DNA from: Gordius albopunctatus
Taxonomy: Eukaryota
Direction of reading: 5' to 3'
Assembly (NCBI GenBank): GCA_964276515.1
Contig: OZ193910.1
Coordinates: forward strand, 496,001-560,000
DNA length: 64,000 bases
Shown here: piece by piece, positions 50,801-64,000 of the stretch
Layout of the letters: each line of letters starts with the position of its first letter
Position numbering within the stretch: the stretch's first letter is position 1
Notes under the pieces: generated by a model
Told to the model about the DNA's origin: nothing
Databases searched by the model: none
Seen by the model: the letters and a program-made list of their open reading frames with translations, nothing else
Program-made: the position numbers and the translations under genes

Positions 50801-53425
50801 AGCTCCATTTGGTGGCAAAACTGCCCAACACCAAATGGTGCATGAACCCTCATCTCATTCTATACAAACTCACATAACCGGCACCAGGACCGAGCTCCGG
50901 GTATATCGTTGAAATGGGATTTTTGAATTAAATTAACTTTTCACTAATTCTTCTACAAGGTTGATAATATGATTAATTGTAATTTGAATTGCAGGTTAAA
51001 ATGAATAGAATGCGTAAAAGGATAGCGGAGCGTTTGAAAGAAGCTCAAAATACGGCGGCCATGTTGACAACTTTCAACGAAATCGACATGAGGTGTTTAA
51101 AATTTCGCCTTATTTCAATTTTTCAATAAGTTGACTAGCAATCGCATTTTTATTAGGAAAATAAGTTACTAAGGAGTCGGATTTATCGTTATTTTAGTAA
51201 AAGATTCGATGTTACCTATTTTTTGTTGTTGTTATAAATTGAAGATATAAAACACCTATATAAAAGTTTGGGGAGATACGAAAAGGAAAATACTTTGTCA
51301 TTTAGTGTTGTAAAAACGGTTGGGTTTCGTTCGCTCGGCCTTTGGTTTAACTAAGGCTAACGGGTGACCAGACTAAGCCCACCCATTTCTGTAACGCTAC
51401 GATTTATTAATCTTTTATCTCCTTGTAATTTTGGGATTTCTCAAATCTCACAGCACCGTGATGGAATTGAGAAACGAGTTTAAAGATGAATTTTTGAAGA
51501 AGCACGGAGTGAAACTTGGATTTATGTCCCCTTTCGTCTTGGCAGCCGTCTCCGCGCTTAAACAGCAGCCCGTGGTTAATGCTTACATAACTCCCGATGG
51601 AGAAATTGTTTATCGCGACTTCATCGATATCAGCGTAGCCGTGTCCACTCCAAAAGTAAGTTTGCTGCCCTTTGTCGACCAAATGGTGTCTGCTGCTCTT
51701 CGTGGTCGATCTCTAGGCTTAGTAAAAATTTGAAAAACAGACCAGAGTTGAGCGTTAGTCTTGGTTGAATCAAAGGTGGGCCAAACAAACCCCGCCATTT
51801 TTGAAACTCTAACTCAAATAACCAGTAATTCATTTTTTGGACTTTTAAAAGGCTAAATGCGATCTTGTTTTACGGACTACTGGTTTGCTATTGAGATGCA
51901 TCAGCCCTCAATGCATGAATTAAGTTTTTCCTCCATTTATTCTATCGTGTTTTACTTTTTAGGCAGGGATCGTTCAATTAAGTTTTCCCTGGAAATAACT
52001 TTTTTAGAGGGATGTTGGGTTTTGTTCGCTCGCTCTTTGTTTTTGACTAAGCCTACAAGTCCATTAAGGAAACCGGTCTTTTTGTATTTAGTCCGCTAAT
52101 ACCAAAGGTCGTTCTTGCAACAGGAGGATATCTTTTCACTTGGCTTGTCGATGGTTTGCACCTTTTTCTGCACAATTTATCCTTTAACCTTGATTTAAAC
52201 TATTTTAATTTCAAGGGGGTAATATTCGACAACACTTTTATTGTACCTATGCGCAGGGTCTCGTGGTGCCGGTTATGCGTAGTTGCGAACACATGACTTG
52301 TGCCGATATAGAAAAGACGATCAACGCTCTGGGAGAAAAGGTTTGTTCCCATTTCTAACATTATTTATTCTAAAAAAATTTTGTTCGCCTTGGAGTTTTG
52401 AAAATTTAAACTTTTTCAATCAATTTTGTTTTTGTTGTATAATTTATTTGATGAGCCCCAAAACGCTTTACTTTAAGTGTAAATTAGCAATCAAGACCTC
52501 TTATGTGACTTTTACGAAATTTTGAAAAAAGCATAGCCCTAATAGAAAGATCATTAGTTATTATTATATTTATAAATCTTCTTTCCTCTTTCTATAGCTG
52601 GTTATCATCACCTAGACTGGTGGTCTATGCTTTCAACATTAATTTCCATTAGTTACTATGTCTATATAAAACTTTATTTATCTCCTGCATTTTTATATCC
52701 TGCCTTATTTCATGATTCCATTTAAGCTTGGGCTATCTTCTTTTTGGTTTTCCAGCGAAATTATCTTTTCAGGTTTCTTTCCAGCGCATCGTCCCTTCTC
52801 TCGACTAGTGTCGTAAAAACGACTGGGGTCGACTAAGCATAAGCAAACAAAATTTTTTTGGTCTCTCTAATTCGGGCTCTACTCTTAAAAATATACCAAA
52901 GAACCTGAGGTCTGTTTGTTTATGTTCGACCATAAAAACCCATCCGTTTTACAATACTACTCTCGACATGGCCATTCCATCTTAGTCGATTTGTTATTTT
53001 GTTTGATGTTTAAATAATAGGCTAGGAAGGGCAGCCTTGCCATTGAAGATATGGACGGAGGAACTTTTACCATAAGTAACGGGGGCGTGTTTGGTTCCCT
53101 CTACGGAACTCCCATCATAAATCTGCCCCAATCGGCTATTTTGGGCATGCACGCGATCGTAGATAGACCCGTAGCCATCAATAATAAGGTACATTGCTTC
53201 AAGTTATCATCTCTGCGAGGTTTCTTCCTTTGATTCCCTTAAAAATTCTATATTAAATGATTAAATTTGAATTTTGTGTGTATATCGCAGGTCGAAATCA
53301 GGCCCATGATGTACGTTGCCTTAACGTATGACCATAGATTGATAGATGGAAGAGAGGCGGTCACCTTTTTGCGGAAAATCAAATCTGTCATTGAACAACC
53401 TGCATCCATATTGTTGGACATTTGA
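47899..53425 (+). CDS. DLST: Dihydrolipoamide succinyltransferase (E2 of 2-oxoglutarate dehydrogenase), mitochondrial, with two lipoyl domains; 17 predicted exons
   Basis: Presequence-like N-terminus ending QRHFHITS. Two SVSEGD..W.K...[15 protein letters not shown] domains. Catalytic domain [44 protein letters not shown] and [15 protein letters not shown]. Stop at 53423-53425. All junctions are GT-AG and in frame. Confidence 0.95.
52577..52990 (-). mobile_element. RTE 3' fragment in a DLST intron
   Basis: Matches the 3' end of the RTE at 17240-17290 and a GHVERRD-coding segment. Confidence 0.75.
52806..52959. mobile_element. 154-bp hAT-type MITE nested in the RTE fragment
   Basis: TIRs TAGTGTCGTAAAAACG / CGTTTTACAATACTA. 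8-bp TSD CTCTCGAC at 52798-52805 and 52960-52967. A related end lies at 51303. Confidence 0.85.
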
Positions 53426-53727
53426 AAACGCGTTTTTCTCTTCTTTTTTTAAACAATAATCTATCAAATTTGCGATTCGAATAATATTTCCCTGATCCCC
53501 CCCCCCTCTTCTTATTATTCGCACGTTATAAGGTTTTTAAAAGGCCCCCCCTTCCTTTTTCACTCATTTCAACAAATTATTTTTTGTACGCTTTTGTGTT
53601 TGCGCGTTTTTATGAAAAATTGTTTACATGACGATTAGAATGGTTATCGAAAAATTTAATAATATTAAGGATGAGTAAACTATTTTTTACAAATAAGAAA
53701 TATTGAATCTTGTGATATAATTGACGA

Positions 53728-53952
53728 ATGAAATACCTTATTCTTTATGGCAATTGGACTTTTGCAATTCACGCCTTGATTACAAGGACCACATTGCCAG
53801 CTCAGAGATGTTTGGATTTGTATAGTAATTGTTGTTGGCCATTAAATCAAACTTGTCAAATTGAATGTTATTGTAAAGACCGATGTAAATTATATTGTTG
53901 CCTTGACTATTATAATACCTGTCCTAACTATCAAAGCTCGGAACTTAATTAA
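53728..53952 (+). CDS. Candidate small Cys-rich protein with a somatomedin-B-like cysteine pattern (74 aa)
   Basis: 10 Cys in C-x6-CC-x6-C-x3-CYC-x3-C-x3-CCLDY-x3-C, a weakly hydrophobic N-terminus, and AATAAA at about 54013. Confidence 0.5.
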   Translation: MKYLILYGNWTFAIHALITRTTLPAQRCLDLYSNCCWPLNQTCQIECYCKDRCKLYCCLDYYNTCPNYQSSELN

Positions 53953-54589
53953 CCGATTCTCCTTGTCTATTTTCAATCTTTCTATGTACATTTTTTTATA
54001 AATGTCCTATTTAATAAATATAATTTAGAAGTAACTTTCTTAATGAGTATTGCATTTTATAATTTGCGCAATAGTTTTTCCCCTGAAATGATGTTTAAAA
54101 TGTTTGCTTATTAAAAAATAGGGTGTCATAAAATCAATATTTGTTTTATTAAGAGGACCCTAAGAGCCTATGGATATATGTTGAATATTTTCACATCGTC
54201 TATTATCTATTACCCTCATCTGCAAATAATACAATAGATGCATACTAAATTCAATTATAAGCTCATCAGAGACTAAATACTAAGGGACCGTGGCGTAGTT
54301 GGGATCGGCTTTGATCCTAATCATAAATGTAATCCATTCTATCACATCAAAAGTGTGCATATTGAATAAATATCATCCGGCCTAGGCAACTTAAAAAATT
54401 CGACTCCAAAAAACAGCTGTTTACAAGTCTATATTGTGACCTACACCCCCTGTAATAATAATTTTAAGCTGTTTGCCACCCTTGATGGTGAGTTACTTTG
54501 GAAATGGGTTAAGCTCGTCAGACCTTTTTCTTGATTGTTAAAAAGTTAATTTGTACGAAAACAATGTCACCTATTAGGAATAAAACTAA

Positions 54590-55010
54590 AAAGACATAGT
54601 GGTTAAATACAAAGATTTATGTCGGCAAAGCATTTAAAGCTGTATAGTGCAATAAGAATCGCAAGTTGTTGCTTGAGAAAAAAGAAAGTGGAAAATCTAG
54701 ATTTAGGAAAACGCTTTCCGATTTCTTTAAAAATCCATGGCCTATTTACGAAGAAACAAGACCATGAGGCAGCAACAGGGATAGAAAAAATTCATTGCCA
54801 AAAGTGCAGAATTTGTCGTTTAGAGCTTCTCAGCGAGTGTGAAGGAGCAAAAAGGTCGATGAAATTAAAATGTCATTTGAGAAATAGGCCATTTGCCAGG
54901 GGATTAGAGAGAAGCCATCAGGGTGTCTCTTACCTTCATGAAAAGTATCCGAGGGCTCAAGGGAGGACTTTTGCCTTTAGTGTATAGAAAGTGCCAGGCA
55001 TATTTATCTA
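54590..55010 (-). mobile_element. Degenerate CRE-like copy
   Basis: Colinear diverged match to about 45528-46030. Confidence 0.8.
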
Positions 55011-55472
55011 ATAATGTAAAACAATAGACCTATTGGCGACAGCATTTTAATCTTTTGGAAGAAAGTGGCTAAAACTCGGGTTAAACCAGGAACTGTCGTT
55101 GTTGATGAAAGGAGTGTTGAGGATTGTATAAACGATTATTTTAGAAGAGCCACCACAAATAACGATTTATATCGAAATAGGGACTACAGCTGGCGAGAAG
55201 CGTTATATATATATTCAAATTAGTAGCGTAATACAAACTTAATATCACCTCACGAAGAATAACCAAATAAATAATACATCAATCGAAAGATTACACGCAC
55301 GTAATCTCACAATAATTAACCCTCAACATTCGTGTCAAAAACAAAGCCCATACCAACTACACCGCTATGGTCTTCATATTATTAACTTGTGATTTATAAA
55401 ACGTATTTTGTACCTATTTTACGGTAAACTATAAATTACGATCAGCTGATTAATATTATTTCAAATTCATTT

Positions 55473-56174
55473 ATGTCTAATCAAGGTTTAGTTATTTATT
55501 ATTGTTAAAAGTAATGAATATGTGTAGAACTTCAAAATAGAAAAATATTGGAAGAATTGCAGTTACAAAAAAATCAATTAAAACTGCAGAACAATGTAAT
55601 CCCTGAGATGTAAAACATTTTTAATTAACTTGAGTAAATTTCCCAATTTATAAATTTGTCCTAAAAAGTATAAATTTAAAATAATTTGAATGCCCATATG
55701 TGAAATGCTATAATTGCCAACTCATTTTTAATATGTAAAAAATGTTCAATACAATTAGTTATATCTAATAACTTAAAGGAAAAAATTGAAAAACCTTCTA
55801 TAGAATGATTATATTAATAACCACCCATCCTTAAAAATAATTATTATTCTAATCATTTCACAATGTTTTTTTAATTTAATATGCATAATTAGAAAAAATG
55901 GAAACCCTTCAATTACCAATACAAATGAAGATGTAAACATATTTTGTCAATATTATAATACATATATTTAGAGCCAATATAAACAAATTAATGAATTTGG
56001 CCAATTAAATCCAGCCCAAAGAACTGCTTTGCAAGTAAATACTTTTTATAAATTTCAAACTTTAAATATCAAAAGCATGCGCATTCAACATCTTTTGGAT
56101 ATTATGTACCTCAAGATTCTCAATTTGGAAATTACATAATCCCTGTAATACCACGTTATGATACAAAAAAATGA
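55473..56174 (+). CDS. INIP: SOSS complex subunit C (INTS3- and NABP-interacting protein), 5 predicted exons
   Basis: Exons 55473-55485, 55528-55609, 55893-55932, 55972-56034 and 56076-56174 give QELQNRKILEELQ and AQRTALQHAHSTSFGYYVPQDSQFGNYIIPVIPR, matching the SOSS-C signature. Confidence 0.88.
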
Positions 56175-56243
56175 TGTTTACTAATAATTTAAATCCATAT
56201 AAATATATTTGTACAATAATGAACATGTATAAACTATATAAAT

Positions 56244-59200
56244 TTATGATGGGAAAAAGTACTTAAACAATGATCCAATGTTTCGTATGTTTTTTTGAAA
56301 TATAGATCTAATAATTGTCTTTTGTTCTGCATTATATTCTAAACAAAAGAATAATATTATTTTACATAAGTCATTAATATACCTGGCCTAACATTTCCCA
56401 TTTTATAATTCAGATCAACTGGGTTTGCCTAAAATTCATAATAACTTGTAAATTATACTTTAAAAATATAAAATATCATATTTATATGTAAAAAAACATT
56501 ACGTGCAGATAATTCCAAGCTGTATGGAATATGAGGTGAATGTCGTATGATGTCACTAAACCAAACACCAAATGCAATTGGTCAAATGGTTGGGGCAAAA
56601 GTTTACCCTAGCATTTTAAACAAAAAGTAGTGATAATTTATTTGATATTTAACTTATTTATAACTCATAAAAAGGAAGATAAATTAGTTTTAGGCAGATA
56701 TTTTAATAAATTTCAAATTTACTAGACTCAATAATCGATATGTTTTCAGGCTCAAAGGGTATAGGGGATGGGGATGGGTGGAGAGAGTACATCTTTCACT
56801 TTCCCAGTGCACAATTAGGTAAGCCATGAGACTTTTCACAATCAGAGAACTGTGCATGATTGCATTACCTAAAAATTGTGTGCAAAAATAGTTGGTTTAA
56901 TGAATATTTTATAATTCTTGGATTTTATAATTTACCCATTGGATGAGGCCCCCCTCTAAATCCATCTTTTCAAAATTCAATATAAATATGACTAAAATTT
57001 CAAAAAATTATCATTTTGCCCCTAGCTAAATTATTCCTCCCCCAATCTAAATCCAATCCTGGCTAAGCCCATCATACAGTTTCTAAATTTTTTGATCCTG
57101 TAATTTAGTTGGTATGTTAGAAAATTAAATTTTTTATGCTAAATATCATATTTTTTAAATTTGTTTATTTGATGGATAATGTTACGTACCACGGGCAATA
57201 AAAGTTAACAAGAACCATGAGATTGGTGATTGATCGAGTTTATTCTTGATTTTGAGATCCCTAAAATTATGAAAGTTTGTTATAAAATTCGAGTTAACCT
57301 TTTTTGTATACTAATCATTTGTTATTTTAAAAAAATACATATTATATGAAGATGAAAGAAATGAATAGAGTTAAGAATTTTAAATATTTGTAAATCATTC
57401 CAATATTGTTATTGAAATATATTTAAAGATAGCAAAGCCAATTTTCTGTCTTATAAAAAACGATTCGCGCATTATCATGGGCCCCAGTTTTTTCCAATAA
57501 TTTGTAAAGCTTGGGGGCCAAATGTTGTGAGGGCGGTTGTCACAATTGGAAAAAAATTATAGTATTATTAATATAAATAAGTATTCAATACCTCTCGATG
57601 TGTGATTTGATTTGTTGTGAATCGTACCATAGTGGAGATGTATCGATAGGAATATCTTCGTCCAAGTATATACTTTGATTAACAGCTTCGGCTATGGTCC
57701 TACTATACTAAGCACAAAAACATCGTTATTCAAATCAATTTAGTGACAAATTATAATATTTTTTTGAATTTCACAAACTAAATGATTACAGTTACAGCAA
57801 AGCCCCTTTTAAATTCTGCTTAGAGCTTTTCTATCATCTAATTAATCTCTTTTTTAATAATACAAAAGCCTATTATTCTTGTAGTCAAGAACAATTTTGA
57901 TTTGCAAATTATTGGTCACTTTTGAAAGATTTACAATAATTTATAATACAATCATTATTTGTTTTTATTTGTGGATGCATTTCGCTCTATATATTTTCTG
58001 TATTTATCTTATATGGATGTCAAATGTCCAGACTTTTTGTAAAAAAAGATCTAATTTGTTTTTAAAACGATTCATAAAAGATATGAAAATAACTTGTATT
58101 AAGGAAAAGGATACATATCCAACATAAACATTAAATGATAAGTCTACATTTTCTCATTAGATGCTTGTTTCATAATTACACGAAATTCAAAGATATAATT
58201 TAAATTTGTTTAGGCATGTGTGTAGCCAGAGGGTGGGCTCTAAATCCAAAAATTGGAAATTAGATACAATATAGAAATAAAATATCTTGGGCCATTAGCT
58301 AGCTCTCAATTTTTACATAAACTCTCAGACATTTGCTGATAATCGTAATCAGTCTGGAAAGGATTAAAAAAAGCACACGTACAGTGGTCATACTTGGTAT
58401 AATGACTGATAGTTGAAAGATTCCCTCGGGCAAATTGCTCCCGACAACACGTCCAAATTGTGGTAATGTTCCAACTTTAAACTGCCCCTCTCTCCATCAT
58501 CCTGCATTATGATCATAAAATAAAAAATCGAAATTCTTCCATAATTACACGTTCAAAAATGCACAAAATTATAATTTACAAAAAAGTGCAACTTACGTGT
58601 GGATGATGGGGCAGGCTCCTTTTCGGTTTACGATTCAAATTATTGACACTTCTATGCAGGCGGCTCAAGCCTATTTCTTCGTTTTGTTTGGTGAGCGAAA
58701 GTTTAGAACAAATGTCTTCTCCCCTTATCTAACATAAAACCCAAAATAGGATATGATTTTTTTTTATTATTAAAAAGTTTATTTGTTAAAAATCCGTCGA
58801 CAGTAATATAATATAAATACATAAAATTTAAAAGACAAAATTCGTCAAATAAAATAATAAACTATTCTAATATTTAATATATCATCATCGAGGGGATCTT
58901 CCAAAATTGGCCAAGAATCCGCGAACGATTTAAAATTGTACTTGGCTATAAGAATAGCAAGTCGTTGTTTAAGTAAAAAGGATACCGAAAGTTTAGACGG
59001 GGAGAACGTCTTCCTACCTCTTTAAAAAATAGGATATGATTTTTTGTATCAAGCCCATGGCTTAGCCAGGGGGGACCCTAGGGGGCAGCTCCCCCCCCTC
59101 TTATTCCAATGCTGGCTATTATCAAGCCTAATTAAAGGTGATCCTGATCCAAATAACACCAAATTTTTAGGAGTTTACTAAAGGCAAAATTAGCAATTAC

Positions 59201-62200
59201 CGAATTGTATTAGGGTCTACTTCGAGGAGACATGGCTATTTCGCAAAAAATGTAAATGAATCGCTAAAAAGGTTTTAACATACAATCATGCATGCATGAT
59301 TATGATGATTATCATTAATTCTGCTGGGACTTGAGAAAAACTTTATGAAATAGTTAGAATACACACACACACACACATGGATGATATACGAAGGATATAA
59401 AATTATATCACGGAGTTGAGCTCACTTGGGGAGTAGATGATGGGTGCAGAAGGATTGCAATAAGTTCGGCAGACAGGAAACTGGGCAAGGTGGTCACGTG
59501 GTGGGTCTTGTGCAAGAAAAGAAGCAAGCCCACAAATTCTTTGCCTCTGCCACATTTCCTCACCACATCTAACATCACAAAAGGAAAACTTGAATGGAAA
59601 TTAAAATAAACTTTATTAAAGGCCTAATTCGTCCTTTGTTTATTACGCGTTACAAACATAAACGGTCAACTTTAAATGAGCGTACCACTTTTCCGCCATA
59701 TCAAAATATTAAACTAATATAGTTAAACATTAGAAACAGCAGCGCCATCTGCATTTTATTAAATAATAAACATTTATCAACATTCTTCTACGTTTATTAA
59801 CTAAGGAGGAAGGTGAATTCACTTTCTCTGTTTAAACAATGGGGGTACACCCCGCAGAAAGAGGTGGGAGATAGTTAATTTCAAAATTGTGGAGGATTTA
59901 ATGGTACACATTTGGCCATAAACCATCTACGTAGTTTAAAAGTTTGATTTATTTGAGGCTAAATTTCCAAAAATTATGTGGGCATAAAAGGGAAATACCT
60001 CGTTCATTGATCCAAGAATTATGAATATGGGGAAGTAGGCTGACAGTTTTAACGTTAAGAGCTATGTCGGCGGCACCATCTAAACGATGGATATTTTGAC
60101 ATATTTGCAGTAAGCGAACGCAGGGCGCAATTAGTTTCGCCTTGGATTCGCTGTCATATTCAAAATGGCCACCATATTTATCGAACGCCAAAAGGACGTG
60201 GGGTATGATGAGTTGGGTAAATCTAAGTGTCATAAACGTAGAAAGTAAATCAATTTGGTCAATTAACTTTACGGATAAAAATACTAGAAGAAAAAGCCAT
60301 TTTTATGTGAGACAATGAAACCTGTGAATGGAAGGAGTCAGTTCTTGGCTGGATAAAAATGTGAGAGAATTTTGTATAATCTTTGCCACGTCGTCAGTTT
60401 GCCATATCTTTTGGATGGTGGAGGGGAGTACATCCATCCCAAAACATTGAATGGCATCAACCATGTTGGAAAATAACCGGAGCTAAAAACAGAAATAATC
60501 AATAAGTATAAACATTAGGGAAATCGCATATTCCTCTCAAATAAAAAGGATAAATTAGAATCCTTAAATAAACAACAAAATTATGGTGTGCCCTTTTCAT
60601 GAAGATAATTATGCCTTTTTTTTTTAAATCAAAAACATTTGGCATTGAATTTTCTAAAATTTAGTCTTAACTCTTAATGCAGTGACATCCTTCCGAATTA
60701 ATGGCCAACTGGAGCAATCCTTCAAATGTAGTTTAAATATATTTTAAATTAACTTATATTTAAACATTGACATTAATAAGGTAACTCTAATAAAATTACT
60801 AAATATACCTTCAAAATAGCAAAAAAGTAACTATATGATTTAATAAAGGATGAATTAAAGCGAGACTAAATATCATAAATATTATGCTATCGTTGTTATT
60901 TTGAGTTTAAATTCAAAGACTACCTCTGCTCTAATACAAATATCGTTATTGAAACATATATAAAAAGTGGTTAGAATTTTATCAAAAACAATATAATATA
61001 AATTTACCTGACCAGAATCATTTTTTGCCAATATAAATATTTGTGATAATACGTGGATCGCAAATTCGTCGTTTGTATAAACGCAAAAGAAAACAAGGAA
61101 ACGTTTAAGCAGACGAAAACTATATTCAATTTAAATATTTGAAAATTTTTGCAAGAATTAATATAAAAAAAAAGTATATAAAGTTATAAATTATTTCAAA
61201 ATAAATTAAAAGTATAAAACAAATGTAAAACTACTTTTATAATTATATTGGAGTGAGAAGAGTTTCAAATTATTAATTCTACCCTTACATTTGAGTTTGT
61301 TTCTCGGAGTAATACAAAAAATCTTTGCACAAATTAGTCAATGTTTGAGGCATTTTCATGGATTCCAAAAAAGGTATTTTAATTACAGGAGCCATGACAC
61401 CTAAAGCATTATGAGATGTTGATGGAATGGACAGGACACCAAATTGAATGTCAACCAACAGTTTGTCCTAAAAAGCAGGCAGTAAACAAATATATTAAAA
61501 CATATACTTTACATCAATATATTTTATTTAAATTATCCATTGTAATTTACCATAATATATTTTGTAATTTCTCTTATAGTTTTGTGCCCTTCTGTTTCAG
61601 CTAAAAAACATAAATATTTTAAAATACATATGTAAATGTAATGATAACTAATGAGATGAAATATGTTTATACTAGTGGTAATTTGTTTATGGGATTCATT
61701 ATATGCAGTCAATTTAATAAGAAACTCTAGAAGATCATAGGAAAGTTTTGTCTGGGTACAATATATAATTTTGACTATTTGTGAAGACAACAAATCTTTT
61801 GACATCCATTTCCATATGATAGGCGATGAAAAGATTCTTTGCATATGCTGAATAAACTCCTGCAAATTTGCTTTCACTAAAATTTAATAATTATTTTAAA
61901 ATAAATTTGTAATTTTAAATTAAAATTTTAGGTAGTGATTGCAAATAAGAAATATTAGAATGGGAAAAATTAATTGCTCAAATTTCTACCCTTGGGATAC
62001 AAGTAGGTTATAATTATTGTTGATATGCTATCAGAAAATACAGCTAATGAGATTATGAAAGGTAGTGTTGAAATATCATCTGGATTGGCCATGGCTTCCT
62101 ACAAAAATATACTTCTATAAAACATGTGTTAAAATAGATCAAAGTTTTGTGATTATTGTTATTTGCTCAACAAATTTTTATCGGAAATGCAAAAACACAA

Positions 62201-63350
62201 GTTTTTATTTGTAATAGTATGTATATCTAGCCATGACACAAAACGTAATGGTTTGGGATATAAAGGTAATTACTTTAGGACTAATCAAAAAGGTAATGTA
62301 ATATTTAACAGAATGAAATAAAAATGAGTAAACAAAAATATTAAATTGAGAGTTAATTACAAATAAATTAAGTTTGCCATAATTTAAATACTAAAGTAAC
62401 AAAACAATAACACCATAAAAATTGATTACCTCAAATAATTGATAAAATAGACTATCCATATCAAGTGATCTAGATGAAATAAAGTAATCAAAAAGTCGAG
62501 TTAAGGAAATTAATTTGGGAATGTAAGCTTCAAATGGCACTTCACAATTTGTCAGATTTTTTCTGAAATCTGACAAGGCCAACTTTACTATACCATTTAT
62601 TAATGTTTTGGGGAAACAGGATCTAAAACAAAATTAATAAGAATAAAAATATGTTTAAATTTACCCTAAATGAGCTAAGGCCCATTCAAAGTGAGGTGCA
62701 TATTGCACATTTGCTTGCATTAATGTTGTGATATAATCATGTGTTGGATAATTTAAAATAGAAACTGAAAAACATTCACCAATTATATCAATCAATAATA
62801 AAACAGGAGGCAATTCTAACCAAATTGAGATAATCTTGACCAATGATGGCAAATTCTTAAAATCCGGTTTTATATTATTTATAGTCCAAATATGTCCACC
62901 ATTTAAACTACATATTCTTCCCAACAAATGTATTGCCCACTTTAATTTAAAATATATATAAATATATTATATATACCGGAGATATTATGTCACCCCAATA
63001 TTTAGGGTTTTCTTCAATTAAAGTTATTAGGCAGGATTTAATATTTAAGAAAGAATCTTCGTATAACTCATTAAAGGCTCCAACTAAATAATATTTCAAC
63101 TTAAAAATAATTTTACCATCTTTTTTAATAACATAAAAATGGAAAGAATTCTCTAAAAGCTTTGAAAAATAGTCAAGGACTGCATTTTTAGTAAATGGAA
63201 TAGTGTTAATCAAATTTATTGCTGATTTCGTAAGATCTTTAGGAGGAATAGGCTTTTTCGCAAACAAATTTCCATTTACAAAATAATTTATTTCATTTAT
63301 TATCTAATATCATTTAGATAATATAGATTATAATTAAATATTACTTCCAT
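56244..63350 (-). CDS. INTS5: Integrator complex subunit 5, multi-exon
   Basis: Motifs NAVLDYF, ENPKYWGDIISPWAIHLLG, APHFEWALAHLGSCFP, GKLLPQPF...WNYL and IRSIFQKNI, recalled from INTS5. ATG at 63350 and stop at 56244. Internal exons were only partly traced. Confidence 0.85.
58763..59025 (-). mobile_element. Short 5'-truncated CRE-like copy in an INTS5 intron
   Basis: Matches the CRE 3' end (SFADSWPILE). TSD AAAATAGGATATGATTTTTT at 58743-58762 and 59026-59045. Confidence 0.82.
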
Positions 63351-64000
63351 TTTCAAATTTAAAATCAGCAGCTAAAGTGCTTTATGGTACATATTTTTAA
63401 ATCACTGGGGCCAGTGTAGGGTTATCAATTCAAGTGTAATGAGATTCAAGTGTGTAATAAAACGCACTAATTTCCTACAAGCGTAAAACTAAACAAGATC
63501 ACGTGATTTTCACCAAATCGCCATTGGTTATGAACTTTATACAGAACAATTGAACGTGTATAAAACACTCGTTACGAGATTAATAAACAACTGTTACCAT
63601 TTTCAAGCTAATAAACCTACAAACAACTCTAACCATTTTCAAGTAGTGCCATTTTCCGATTTGGAATTTGGGAGGACTATAATAAGTTGTTAATTAAAAG
63701 TAAGTAATATATAACATGTTTTATATAAAGCATTAGATATTAAAGAGTGATATACTTGTGTTTACAAAATCTGTAAATTTTTTCTGGAAATATGTGAAGG
63801 TTATAAGACATGAAGAGGAGAAATAAATAGTAATGAGGAGTTATCACGATGGCCCAACAAACTCTATCAAGGAATTTTGGAAAGTCACATGGGGACTAAT
63901 AAAACTAGGAACAAAATATCTGAAAAGTGCATCATATTTCTAATCATTGTAAATATGTTGATTTAGGTATTTGTGGCCCAAATTGTGTTCAGATATAAGT

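Noticed and set aside
3025..53524. Short antisense or alternate-frame ORFs over TE and host genes (e.g. 3025-3303, 13416-13892, 41774-42076, 45574-45822, 51407-51682, 53321-53524)
   Set aside because: They are shadows of real coding frames with no independent motifs.

Overview
AT-rich eukaryotic (invertebrate animal-like) genomic DNA with many very short spliceosomal introns (33-44 nt) and dense nested transposons. Host genes: two intronless class A GPCRs (18198-19526 +, 40797-42053 -), a BTB-BACK gene split by a 7.3-kb TE-filled intron (31753-40447 +), DLST (47899-53425 +) with an unusual tandemly duplicated lipoyl domain, a candidate 74-aa somatomedin-B-like microprotein, and INIP (+) tail-to-tail with INTS5 (-). 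Mobile DNA: an intact Mag-like Ty3/Gypsy element with identical 93-bp LTRs inside an RTE LINE, a full-length RTE carrying a solo LTR, further RTE fragments, CRE-like RLE retrotransposon copies with long TSDs, a non-autonomous Helitron, a DINE-1/HINE-like element, hAT MITEs and a CsRN1-like gag remnant. A 7.7-kb array of a 141-bp satellite occupies 21301-28998. All calls were made by eye from the sequence and recalled family motifs. No searches were run, and exon structures are manual predictions.
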